NCBI GenBank assembly: GCA_964035545.1
Contig: OZ037766.1
Coordinates: forward strand, 7,678,722-7,742,721
DNA: 64,000 nucleotides
Direction of reading: 5' to 3'
Source: Bugula neritina
Lineage: Eukaryota; Animalia; Bryozoa
Shown piece by piece: positions 37,801 to 50,774 of this stretch (positions are counted from its first letter, which is position 1; each line of letters begins with the position of its first letter). The notes below the pieces were generated by a model. The model did no database searches. It saw only the letters and a list, made by a program, of their open reading frames with translations, and had not been told where the DNA came from. The translations under genes were made by a program, and so were the position numbers.

Positions 37801-39771
37801 TTATTTATTTGTTTTAGCTATGATGATGTATACATACTATGTGAAAGTTGTCCCAACTGTTTACACAAATGTGAAAGGAGAGGTAATTTCATTAATATGA
37901 TAAATTTTAACTTGAATCAATCGCAATGTTAGAATTTGATAAATTTGAATATATTTCCTTATATCATTTCAAAGGCCAATCACATTAGTTAAAGAAAGAT
38001 ATTAAGATATTGCTTATAGTGACAATGAATAGAGCTAACTACTAAATCAATCTTAGTGGTAAAGAGATAATAATATATATAATATTATATATTAAAATAT
38101 ATATATTTTATTAATAGAGTTAATTTGTATGTTTGAGTAGAGTTAGCAAAGCATTCAATTAACCCACTTTGTTGTTCAAGCATTTCTTCCAACTCATGTT
38201 TTCTGGTCAGTTAAGCATTGTTTGTTTGAGCCTTTATCTGTTTTTTCGTGTCAATAACTTTTTTTTAATAACTGAAACATTTTCAAAGTGTGACTATTCA
38301 TCTTTTTACACTGCATTAGTCTACAATGTTAGTAATTGTAAGTATTTATTTCAATAGTAAAATATGATGCCAATATTTTTATCGCTTGTAAGTTTGAGTC
38401 TATATAATTCACATACTGGACAATTACTTACTGCATGGTACAGTTTCACTTGAATGGCAAAAGATAATATCTTTTGCCATTCAAGTGAAACTGTACTGCG
38501 CAATAAGTAATTGCTCTGATCTAAATGCTTGGTAATACAAGTTATGTAATATATATTGGGGAGAGACCAATCAACCCCTAGAGTTTGCCTTGCAATCTCA
38601 ATAGTTAATATTTTTAATTCAATAGAAGCTCCTAAAGTTGTTATATATTGCTCTTACTATATTCTTAGTTGGCAATTTGTATAAGTAATAATAAGCAGTT
38701 ACAGCTGATAGCAAAATGTGGTGATGTAATTTGTGATGCAGCGGTATGGGAAAGACTTTCTCAGAAAATATTGCAGTCTATATAATAATGTTAATTCCTA
38801 GCAGAAGGTTTTACATTTCCTCTAGTAGCTCAAATTAGCAACTTTTTTTCCAAGCTTTCTTATAGTGTAGATCAATTTAAAATAAATATTAGCTTTTCAG
38901 TAGTTTTTATTGTGTATGTAAAATTAATTATTTGGTTCCTTATAATCGTTGTACATTTGTTTACAATAAAATTTCTACATTAATGTTCTTATTGTAGGAA
39001 TTGTATACTAATCAGTTTTCTGTCACAAAACATTTCAAGTCTGTCGGTATGATGTCCGGAGAAACCGGTCTCCCTGGTACTTTCTTTATCTATGAATTTT
39101 CTCCTATGATGGTTAAATACAAGGAAAAGAGAAGGTAAGTTACAACTATCAGGTGTGGAGAAACATAGTTTTGATAAGAATAGCGTTATTATGTGTAATA
39201 AATTGACTTTATATATGCCTCTATTATTGATGTCTAAAGTTTGGACCAAGAATGTAGCTAGGCTGTTATTTGGTGTTGAGATAAATTTTAAAGGCAAATT
39301 TTCAAAAGCTTTTGAATGTAATAGTTTGATCTACATGGTTCTTGTGTTAAAATTGTTTTTCTGTTGACATTTTCATGCAGAACATGTTGAGCTCACAAAA
39401 AAAGTTGCATTCAGCTAGTTGTTATTTTAAGACAAGGCTCCTGTGATGTATATCTCTTGTTCATTGTAGATCGCTGTTTCATTTTCTAACCAGCCTATGT
39501 GCTATTATAGGTGGAGTATTTACTGGTAAGTGTTATCGGTAAACTTTTTGTAAATCAAGTTTAGAATAGCTTATGCTTCAGAGTATTTAAAACCTTGTTT
39601 GAATTATTTCACAACCATATATGTGCTATGGCTTAATATTTTTATTTTAAAGGCAAAAATGCATTTAAACTTGAACTTACTTCTATTGCAGTTGCTGGAT
39701 TGATAGATGCTGCTATATACCATTCCGTGCGATCAATTCAGAAAAAGATAGAGCTGGGCAAAGTCAATTGA
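28850..39771 (+). CDS. ERGIC3: ER-Golgi intermediate compartment protein 3 (12 coding exons)
   Basis: [127 protein letters not shown]. Exons approx 28850-28946, 30334-30493, 30876-30995, 32183-32288, 32926-33031, 33198-33315, 33543-33577, 33966-34062, 37818-37882, 38998-39133, 39470-39525, 39692-39771. Confidence 0.97.
34214..36050 (-). CDS. ROMO1: Reactive oxygen species modulator 1 (ROMO1/Mgr2), 81 aa, nested antisense in ERGIC3 intron 8
   Basis: Exons 36050-35914 and 34322-34214 (GT-AG, phase 2) give [81 protein letters not shown], an intact ROMO1 signature. Confidence 0.96.
37429..37500 (+). tRNA. tRNA-Pro (anticodon CGG)
   Basis: 72 nt; acceptor stem GGCTGCT/AGCAGCC; D arm TGGTCTAGGGGTATGA; anticodon arm CGCGC-TTCGGGT-GCGCG; T arm CCGGG-TTCAATT-CCCGG. 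Confidence 0.97.
37502..37507 (+). terminator. Pol III oligo-dT terminator
   Basis: T6 run one base after the tRNA 3' end. Confidence 0.85.
38421..38513. repeat. Fold-back palindrome (46-bp arms, 29-bp perfect core, 1-nt spacer)
   Basis: GTACAGTTTCACTTGAATGGCAAAAGATA-A-TATCTTTTGCCATTCAAGTGAAACTGTAC. Confidence 0.9.
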
Positions 39772-41893
39772 TCTTAGACTTAGTAATTAGCATTCTTTTA
39801 AAGATGATGGCGTCATTTTTTTATTAAAATCTTCAAGACATTATAAGATATATTTGGCTTATATTGCAACCTCAACTATATTTTGATATTTTTCACTGCA
39901 TCTACAGTAATTATCAACAGTCAATAAATATGTTTTTAGATGGCTACTTTTTAGCAAATTTATTCTGGCTATTCTTTTTTGCTAGAATCTAATTGAGACA
40001 TGTATTTGTTTTACACAAATACTCATCAATAATGGAGATAGCTTAGTTACTTTTTAAAACCTATAGACATCTATCCATTTTCATTCACCTCAATTGGAAC
40101 ATCTATTACCAACATTTTCTCTAAAGAATTTCTAATAACTTTAGTCCATTGTAAATTAGCATAACTATCATCACAATTCTTGTAGCATGTTTTCTTTTTA
40201 ATAAGTTTTTATGTTTGTGAATTTATCAGTAAGCACCACAGACCACAGGTTAAGATAATTTGAAATTAAGTGATTTTTCTTGAGTTACAAAATAATTAAT
40301 TGTTTTACATAACATAGAGTTGTACTTAGATCTAGGTTGCAGCAACCAATAAAAATTTTAGCTATTTTAAATAAACCTAACTACCTACATTTCTTGGTTT
40401 TAAATTTATTACCAAAAGCAGCATGGAGCTAGTTTAACTTGAAGCATTTCCCATTCTAAATTTCCAAATATTCTAAACTAATACAAATAATAAAGTATAC
40501 TAATTAAAGTGATCAAGCTCATTTTTTATGCTGCCATCAAGTGTTGAAATTTCAGCATGATTTAGGTATAATACCATTACATAAATTGCACTTGTGTGAC
40601 ATAGTACTAGTTACTTATATGGCTATATCTGTTGCAAACAAGTACCACTGTTTTATTTGTAAAACATTGAATCTTGCAAAGGTAACTCAATCATCCGTAA
40701 CAATAGCAGTTAATTGAGCTAAAATACATCATGTTTCTCAAACACGGGTAATTATTTTAGTTTTGCCCTTCGCGTCATCTTTTGGTCGTATATTGATAAT
40801 TATTAATTGAGTATAATATTAAAATGATACACGTAATGTAGCATGTGCGATTTTGGCAGTGAACACATAAACAATTGGAGTTGTATTCTTACCTTTATTC
40901 AACTATCACGAGCCCATACCATTTCTAGCTGCAATCGCAGTGATATCTTTTATATGTTTAATCGTATCTTCATATATTTCTAACTTGCTTATCAATGTTG
41001 TTTATCAACATCCATGGCGATCCCAATACGATGTCACGAGTGAATGTGAAAATATAAATTATTTTGATGTGAGTCATTACTCTATTCAAATTTACTTGTT
41101 TTAGTGTAATGTACTTATTATTAAATTAGTTTTAAACTTTTTATTGTCTGTTATGCAGATCAAAACACTTGTTGTGCTCAGTAAGCGTGGCTAAATTTCA
41201 TGTAATGGCCAATAAATATAATGATAATCATAATGTTAATAGTAAAACAGTTATCGTATTAGTTAGTATAATATTACTTATTAGCAATACCTGATGCATA
41301 TTAGTTATTACTGTTAGTATTAACGCATTTGTTTGAGTAATATTGATATATTGCAATAACTAGTACTAGCTAACATTATTAAATTATGACGATTATAAAA
41401 TAGACCATAAAACTGTAAGCAATGTAATTGATTCAGATTGATGATGTTTCTAGGGCAGGTGATGTTCAAAATGAACTTCCAAGATAATATTGATACATTT
41501 TTAATTAGTTTTATTTACGCCAATGTATGTTGAGCTAGCTTATTATTGTGATTAAAGACATAAAACCTGCTCATAAAACATAAATGCTATCACAAAGTAA
41601 TTGTCAAAACTAGCAATAACCAGTTGTAGTTGAAACTCCTGATTTTGTTTTAGAATTTGATTGATACTGACTCATAAATTTAATTTTTAGTTGTTTAAAT
41701 GCTCAACAAATTTTCAATTAGATTGAAATTAAAGCACATTTATCAATGTTACTATTTTATATAATTTTATACTAACCAGGTTGCTTATGAAAGGTTTACA
41801 TACTGTTGTAGCATTGCATATGGCACTACAGTGTGATTTTCAAGAAGTTAAATAAAATGTTCAATGTAAAGGTAAGCAAGGATATACGAGTAT

Positions 41894-41894
41894 A

Positions 41895-41962
<68 letters not shown>
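41894..41962. repeat. (TG)n(TA)n microsatellite
   Basis: Direct reading. Confidence 0.95.
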
Positions 41963-41968
<6 letters not shown>

Positions 41969-43911
41969 TAAAATAAAAAACTACTATTTGATTTTACTAA
42001 TTATTATTTAATTTCTGCCAACATGTTTTGATACATTTAATTTCTAGATAATTCACTAGAATGTCAAAGATCTCAGCATGTCATATAATATTGGAGTGTC
42101 TGTAAGTAATTGCGAGTGCTCACCCTTTCGTTAGCAATAGTCCTACTTCAATTTTCAGATTTATTTTCAAGTGGCTGAAAAGTTTAGTGCTACAACATTG
42201 CAACTTGGAAAACCTAGGTTATAAGATATTGGTATTATAAATCATACAAATGCATAGCAAAAGTAGTCTACTTGTTTATATAGGCTCAAGGGTTTATTTA
42301 AATATTAAATGTTTAACAAGTAGCAAAATATTTTGCCTCATTTGATTTATATAGATATGACTGGTTTTGATCACAAAGAATGTGCCCAAACTTTACACTT
42401 TGTTTAGTTGTAAAAGTGGATAGTTGAAATACCTTAAATGCATAGTTTGATTTTTATTACACATTTTAGGAGCATTGAATATAGAGACAAATCAACAAGT
42501 GCAATTTCAACATGCAGTGCTACAGTTTCCTGTACAGTATAATAGGAAAAGTAGCATGGGTTTACCCTGAGAGAAATATAATATACTTTAACTTATAAAC
42601 TATGGCTATTCGTTAATTTTAATTTCCAGCACTCTCACTGTATGCAGCAAACGAATAACTATCTCACTGTTGCATATGTGATGCTCATATATATATTACT
42701 TTGAAGAAAAACACTGCAGTATACAGTACACATTATATTATGAAATACTTGTAAGAGGAGTATATATGTGTGGAATATAGGGAAAAGCACACACCCGTTG
42801 TCATATATGTTGAAATCTTATAGAAGTCTGTCCAGATAAGCCCACCTGGGGGGGGGGGGGTGGGGCTTTGCCAGTTTTCGGCCATTATCATTGATGTTCT
42901 AAACATAGCACATTCAGAAACGTTTAACAGATGCTTGCTAAACTTAGTTTGGCTAAGCCGCTCATGAAGAACATGCACAAAATGTACATTTTTGCTGCCA
43001 AGCTAAAAGCCCTTTTTTTGTTTCTCTTGAGTACACAATGTTTTTGACATAGGTTAAGAGATATTGGTGTATGCGGTATGCTCATCCCACTTCTCTGTTA
43101 AGGTAATGTTGTCATTATACTTTGAGAAAAGACTTGAACTTCACAATTCATTGCTTTCACAAAATTGATCACAAAAATAATGAGGTATAATGATAATAGA
43201 ATAATATGTCATCAGGTAAAAGATAGTTCTTTATCTTTACATTTACTGGAAGGCTATAATTGGAAGTTTTCTCTCATCTATCATTAATTACAATACAAAA
43301 TATTTTGGATTTCTGAAAGGGTTGAGATTAATAATACATTTTGTTAATATTAAAATGCCCTAATCAATTTTCTATGGCCAACTTTCCATGATTATGTAAT
43401 ATTACAATGACCATATTATGTCTATTGCTGCGCTTTAACCTAAGTAAATCACAAATCATGCCACTAGCAGTGAATTTTATCTTTACTGAACTGCCTGATA
43501 AAAGTCTAACTGGTATAAATCAATACAAATTATTTTGTTCCTATCTTAAATTTGAATTTCAAACTACAATTATTATTTGCTTTTCATAGTCGTTTACAGT
43601 GTTATGCAATCAGTGTAGGTACATCTAGTCAGCTTTCATTGTTGTATTGTGTTTGAATATATGTGATTTCTACATCGATTGTTCTAGTCATATGCCTCAA
43701 GACTAAGCAAAGGTTTTAACCTTAATTGTTACTTGTAGGCATCCAAGGTATATGGTAAAGTTTTATCACTTTTGTCTGGCATTCTGCAGCATTTCTATAA
43801 ATAGCTAATGTAATGTTTATATTTAGCCTGTAACAAGTTATAACAAATAGACTACACCAACTCCAATAACTGCATAATATGAAAAAAATGCTAGATTTAT
43901 ATAATGTAGAC

Positions 43912-43973
43912 ATCTTGAAATATTGAATACGTTGAAATATTTGAATATTTCAGCGTATTCAATATTTCAAGAT
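43912..43973. repeat. Fold-back palindrome (30-bp arms, 1 mismatch)
   Basis: ATCTTGAAATATTGAATACGTTGAAATATT-TG-AATATTTCAGCGTATTCAATATTTCAAGAT. Confidence 0.88.
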
Positions 43974-44000
43974 ACTATTTCTGTACACGTACTATTTCAG

Positions 44001-47000
44001 GGACAGACTGTAGCTGTGCCAACTATCCAGACAATGAAAAAATTGGTTTCTGTTAAATCAACTGATCGCAAGCCATTACCGCCTTTGCGTTCAGCCAACA
44101 ATTTACCACCTATCTCACATCCACTGTCTTCTCCCGGTGCTTCCATAGCAAAACAACCACTACCATCTATAACAAAGCCAACAGATGTACCAGACTCTGC
44201 AAGCAGCAACTATGGGACGCAGGATGACACAATATCTCAGAGCACAAGAGTGAATTCACTTTCGCACAACCTACAAATATCAGAGGATACTGCAGAAGCG
44301 ACAGCGAAACACACACCTTCACCAGCTACAGGTTCAGGCAATGGCCATCTCTTCCAAACATCTTCTGCACATTCATCATCTTTACAAAATCCTGATCCAT
44401 CAGAGCTGCATCGTGTTGCAGCCGACAACTTGAAAAATGAGGTTAGAATATATTGCCATCCTTTGCATATCCATCTTATACGTATATTGTATACGGGATT
44501 ATTCTAATCAAATAATGTAAGCCCGATCTTCTAGCATACAGTATGCATTTATGTTCTTTTATACAGTAGCATCTGATAAGTGCAGCCAACTCTGCAAAAC
44601 TGTATAGCAATATTATTTTTTACAAATAAACATTTAAAATTTAAACTTTGTACTACTAACTTTATCACTGCAAGAGCCCCTATCTTCAGCTTTCCTAATC
44701 TTAGTCCTGTTTCTCGTATATATTATACAGTGCTGTGAAAAAGTTTAAGGACGCTTGCAGAAATTTCTATGTATCTTGTTTAATAGGCATTTTTTGAAAG
44801 TTTTTAGTATTTTCCTGCAAGTTCTATATATCAAAACAATCCTTAGAATGTTCACTACAGTTTCCATCTCATAAATTTCTACTGCTGTAATGTTTTCTAC
44901 CCATTTTCGGGCTAACTACACAAGCAGCTAGGAAAGCGCAACTCCTGTGTTTTTATGTTTCCAAAGTTTATCACTTCTGATAACCACAAAAGGCTAAACA
45001 GTGAAATTTTATATGCGCATGGCATCATGATATCATAAAGCATGACTTTCTTCCATAATTTAAAATCTGTCATTCAGTTGTAAGCTTTTACATGGTGTCC
45101 ACTTAGGTGCTGCGCATAAACAAAATGAGAGCTGTAAATCTTACTTCAAAAGCAAGGTTTGTAATAATTTTCTTGCATAACGAAGGTTATGCAATTAGGA
45201 AATTATCTGAAAAGGTTGGCAAAGCAAAGACAACTGTACATCAAATTATCAATAAGTTTATGGAGACTGGCAGTGTAGCAGATCAACCTGGAAGTGGACG
45301 ACCAAGAATAAGCACACCCAGAGATGACAAGGTTCTCATTAGGATCAGCAAGAAGGATCGTCATAAAACAAGTTCTGAGTTGGCAAAGAATGCTCAGAAT
45401 CAACAGGAACAGCAGCTTCGACATCCCAGATAATGCGAAGATTGCTGAGCCGTGGTCTACATGGCTGCAAAGCAAGAAGGAAGCCTCTACTAACCGAGAA
45501 GTAGCAAAAAACCGGCTACGGTGGGCCAAGGAGCATGGTAGTTAGACAGTGAATGCTTAGAAAAAAGTGATTATTTCAGATGAACCCACATTTAATGTGA
45601 ACAATAATGCTGGAAACTGTTTTGTTAGAAGATACCAGTATGAGAAATATAACCCCTAATGTATTCTTCGAACAATTAAGCACCCTATCGATGTTATGTT
45701 CTGGGGTTGTATAACATCAAAAGGTGTAGGTCGACTCATTAATTGCTCTGGAATGATGTTAATGCTCAAAAATATATGGAGAATCTCAATGCTAAACTTT
45801 TTCCAATCACAAAAAACTTCTTTTTAAATGAAATTAACATATTTGAAGATGACAATGCACCATGCCATTGGGCAAAATCTGTTAAAGAGTGGATGAAAAA
45901 GCAGAGGGTCTCAACGCTTAACTGGCCAGCACACAGCCGGGACTTGAACCCAATAAGAAATTCATGGTCAAGAATGGCTAAAATAGTCTCTTCACAGAAA
46001 CCAACAACTAAGGTGACACTCATAGAGCCTGTAATTTATGCATGGGATCATGTTGTGACTGAAAACGAGTTGGAGAAGCTGTACGAGTAGATGCCTCGTC
46101 GCTGCCGACTTGTGATTGAGAGTAAAGGCTGGCCAACAAAACATTGATACTAAAATTTAAAGCACTGTGTGTTGCAATGCTGCTATAATGTGTATAACAA
46201 TTCACATGTAATATTTTTCTATGTTTCAAGTAAAATATTCTGATATCCTACAGTACACACAAGTTGTGAAAAGATCGAAAAATTCCCATATATGCATAGT
46301 ATCTCATTGTTTCACCCAAATTTTGACAGGAAGTGAAAAGAGAGACTAATATTTTATATAAATGAAATAAGGAGACCTTAAGGATCATTTTGATAGGCAT
46401 CATGCCTATGGATATGCTTTTGTTATGTCTTAAAGTTAGCTTGGAACTTTGCTATTATGGAAAACAGTGAGGCGTCCTTAAACTTTTTCACAGCACTGTA
46501 ATTACATCCAATGTAATGCATATGCCTTTCATATTAGAAATTCAGTCAAACCAAAATAAAGTTTTGTGATATAAAATTTTAGAAATAAATGATTCACTAT
46601 CTTGCATACTATATTTCTATATTATTTAAAAATAAAAATGTTCTCCAAATTATATATTATGAAACCTGTTAATTCTACACACTTTCTTTTAATATTATTT
46701 TATAGAACATTCGCCAGAGGCTAGAGCAAAGAGGTATCAGAACATGGCCAATTCTAGCAGTTTTGAGCGTATTTTGCTGCAACCCACTCTTTGGACTGTT
46801 GGCAGCATTACTGACTTTGAAAGCAGAAAACAGTTACTACGAGAATAAGGTTGTTTTGGCTCAAAAAGAAGCTCGTATAGCCAAAGCCTGCATTATTGTA
46901 GCGTTTATAGCAGGCTCTATAACTTTATTAGGCATTTTGATCTGGGTCGGCATCAGATGCTCCAAATTCTGGTGTCCAGGATCTAAAAATCCTATCATCA

Positions 47001-47011
47001 ATTTTCTGTGA
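44001..47011 (+). CDS. CD225/dispanin-family (PRRT/IFITM-like) membrane protein; start codon unresolved
   Basis: Pro/Ser-rich exon 44001-44441 splices in phase 0 to exon 46706-47011: TWPILAVLSVFCCNPLFGLLAALL..AQKEARIAKACIIVAFIAG (two hydrophobic segments, CC-x-P-x-x-G motif). Small upstream exons at ~41159-41180, 42048-42101 and 43053-43101 are possible. Confidence 0.78.
44728..46498 (+). mobile_element. Tc1-family DNA transposon, full length (1771 bp), decayed, in an intron
   Basis: 27-bp perfect TIRs CAGTGCTGTGAAAAAGTTTAAGGACGC, TA TSD (44726-27, 46499-500); transposase ~45124-46150 with HTH, GRPR, ISDE, VMFWGCI, EDDNAPCH, DLNPIRN (catalytic E replaced); stops and frameshifts. Confidence 0.96.
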
Positions 47012-47498
47012 AGGATTACTTGACCAAGAGCATAATTACTGCGACAAACAAACAGTCTATTTTATATTTAGTTTTACTATGAAAGTTATTTAATTTATTG
47101 AGACACTCATAATGTTATATTTTGTCTATTGCATTACTTTTTGAAATTATTTTTACTGTAACATAATCTCATTTTATTTACATTATTTACATCTTATCTG
47201 ATAATAATAATATGCAGTGCAAGTCATATGCTAAAAAAATTATTACCTATTTTATAAAATTTTATAAGCTTGAAACTTTTAAAAATCTGATATGGGATAT
47301 GGGATATTAAATAACGTAAAAAGTATTGCTGAATGTAAAAGAATACATAATTGAAAAGTACAAACACCAAAGTGGGTTATTAACTGTGCTAAGCTAATAA
47401 AAATATTGTAAATAATGCCTGTTAAAAAATGTGGGGTACATGACAAGCTGGTTTGCCATACTCCAGTCATGAAAACATATTATTTCCGCTTTTTAGAA

Positions 47499-50349
47499 TC
47501 ATCGTTGCTCTTTAGCAAATTCATTAAGCTTTCCTTGAAACCTAAAGGGTTGAAATCATATGCATACAATAGAATATAGACATGCTCTACATGACAATTA
47601 TTAGCATTTCTATTAAGTGTCTCAATACCCTACTTATTGGAACTTATTTATTGCTAATTTGTATATAACTTTCTCTAAGTACTATAAAACTGCTAGCAGT
47701 GAGAACTCTTACGCTGACTCAGTATACTTAATGGTCAAACAGTTGTATGAAGGTACAGCAAATTGGTGAAAATTTTGCACTGATTTTAGGTTGCTTTCTA
47801 TTTAAACAATACAAGAATAATGTAAATGCAATTAATAACACAGGTAGGTATGTTATCGAAAAAACATAAAAAGTTAATCAAAGCAAATACAAATAAGCAC
47901 AAGTGAAAGTTGAATGAAAAATTAAGGTAGTTTGGAAAACAGTACATGTACATATTATAATATTATTTTCAAACTAAAGTATTATATATTGAAACAATAA
48001 AAATAAATTACAAATTTAAGGAAATTAGAACATTTTGAAAAGCAAATGTTCTTTATTAAAACTACAATGAGTTGAATTACCAAGTTCATAAACTGACTTA
48101 CTTTGAGATTTGCATGAGGTTAGAGGACATCTTTTCGTTGGCCATCCCCACCAATTGTTCTATATACTAAATTAAAAATCAATTTACAGATGATTCCCAA
48201 ACACAAAACAACTAATTAAATAGTCACATAACCGCCTATAAACAGAAAAAATTGTTGGTGGTTAATCATCATGATAATACATAAACAAGCATTTCATCAA
48301 TTTGTTTTAGATCAACATATATTGGCAGCAAAACCTTGTTTAGAGATTTCAAATAGGTGATCATAGAGTTTAAACATCATTTTTTTAGCTGTGTGGATAT
48401 CTTTGTATTCAACGTGTTATCAATAATTATTGTATTTGCAACTTTGATACAGTACTAAAAATAAATATTTCAGCATAATAATTAATGCTGAACGGCCTGT
48501 TGAAACACTGTTGTGCCTGATCACCAATATAAAAGAGCTTACAACACCAGTTAAACTGCTATAATGATGCAACACACCTGCTCACTGACTAGAAGTCGGC
48601 TGTTCACTACTAAAGGAACTTCAAGACCCGCAGTAGATCTGACAGCCTGAAATAAAATCCAAACAAATATGAATATCACGCAACTAGAACAACATACTAA
48701 AACAAGCACTAGAAAATTAGATTTATTAATTCATACACTTCAGCTTACCAAAATTATTTTCCCTGATTTACCAAGACTTATCCCAGAATTCCTATACCCA
48801 CAGCTGACTGCGATTTGAAGCTGCAAACAAAAATAAACAGCCTAAAACTTTACATGTGAGAAATGTACACTGCATTTTCACCTTCATAATAAACTAGGAC
48901 TTGTCAGGGATGTATTTTGTTAAAAAAATTACAGAGAAATATTTTAAACTATTACAAAACAACTTAAAGCTAGCTGAAAACTCATGAGATAAAATTATAT
49001 AGACTCAGAATGATTTAAAGCACTTCTTACTTTCAACAAAAGTGTATAAAAATCATTCATGCTACCACACTTGCAATATATATTATGCATACACACACAA
49101 GCACACACAGATATATATTCTAATTTACCAATGATCAGCATACCAACTTAATTTTACCAAGTTTGTTGATACCTGAGCTAAACTTTTTTAAAACTAGCCG
49201 CTCTACATGTATATCATATTATATTTTCACAGTGTAGAGAGCTACAAGTTGGTTGAAAAGGGCAATTTTTTTAAGTTTTCTATACAATAAAATGATAGAC
49301 GTGTAATATACCATTACCAATTGTCTGGCTGATTCTAAACTCAAGCACTGTACATGCATTATGAATGGTTCAAATTTCAAAGTTGCAGATTCTGGGAGTG
49401 GTTCTTCTCTTAAACATTCAATCTGTAACACCAGGATTAATAAGACATATCACAGAAATCAAATTAATATTGTATGATTTTATTGTCGTTAGAACCCTGC
49501 TTAAAATGGACAACCAAAATTAAATTAGCAATAATAGAGCAATAAATATAATCAGAATATTTTTTGAATTTTTAGCATGCGTTTACTTAAATATATATTA
49601 CAATAAAAACTCGATTTGCTAGTATTATATAATGCATTGGAGACATGAAACTTTCACACACACAAAATAAAACAAACATGAGTGACTTACAACATCAGTA
49701 AACACAGAATCACCGTGTGTAACATACAACCATTTACATCCTTTCTTTCTGGAACCATGTGCAAGGCTGTTGGCCTGAAATTAGAAATATATGAGTGCAA
49801 ACATTAGTTACAGTCATATTACTTACTACCTTTGGGTAGCAATACCACACATGACAAAAATCATTGGATGCATGTGAATTATTGCAATAAATCAAAAAAA
49901 ACAAACAAAAACATTTATAACACATTATTTTACAATGTACAGATATAAAATCAAATTTATGAAGTGCGCCCATAAAGTTCATGCAATGATTTTCAGTTAC
50001 AGAATATAAAAAGCAAGGGTAGCCATAATACCAGTTTGCCTGTAATTTTGTAACAGAATTAGAAAAATGCTAACGGTGAAAATATGTAGTCATGAAGTCT
50101 GATAGAAATTGCTAGATTAGCAACATTATTGTAAAGTCTGTCACTACAAAAATGGACACTCACCACAATAATAGTGCGACCGGAACATGAACTTGTAGTA
50201 AAGTAGTCATCCAAATTATTGACTAGCTCAATCAAGTTGGAAATGGGCTGGTCAACACTACCTTTTTTACTCAAGTCTACAGCTGCAAGTGTAGTGGTCT
50301 TAGCTTGAGCAAATTTAGATGGAGTTGTCTCAGTGTAGCTACATTGCAT
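47499..50349 (-). CDS. TYW3: tRNA wybutosine-synthesizing protein 3 (7 coding exons)
   Basis: DLSKKGSVD, YFTTSSCSGR, CKWLYVTH, LKFEPFIMHVQC, SCGYRNSG, AVRSTAGLEVPL, ANEKMSSN. Exons approx 50349-50164, 49774-49691, 49422-49318, 48821-48749, 48646-48578, 48166-48101, 47541-47499. Confidence 0.96.
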
Positions 50350-50667
50350 TATTATTTGTCACGGAATAAAGAGCCCTAAAACAGAAAATTAATAGAAGAT
50401 AGAAAAGTAAATAAAACAGCATTATAATACTTACCAATACCACAATATTTCAAAGGTCTACTACTCAAATTAAACATAATTTAAAATATAAATCCAGATT
50501 GTTGGGCATGCTAGTAATTTCTACAAATTATTGTTCTGCTACTTACTAAACGCAAAGTGTTCTTTCATTCATTACATAATTATATTTATTGTTCATTAAA
50601 TTTATTAGCACTTTTAATTTTACATTTATTAGTTATTAATTCAATCAATAATTAGTTATTTACTTTT

Positions 50668-50774
50668 AGTATTACTATTGGTATTTACATTCAGTAATTT
50701 AACTTGCACATTCACATTGAATCAATGTGAATGTGCAATTTAAATTACTGAGAGTAAATACCAATGGTAATACT
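50668..50774. repeat. Fold-back palindrome (~53-bp arms, few mismatches, 1-nt spacer)
   Basis: ...TCAGTAATTTAACTTGCACATTCACATTGA-A-TCAATGTGAATGTGCAATTTAAATTACTGA... Confidence 0.87.

Noticed and set aside
42848-42865. G-run with G-quadruplex potential
   Set aside because: Single homopolymer with no context supporting function; run length is also error-prone in assemblies.
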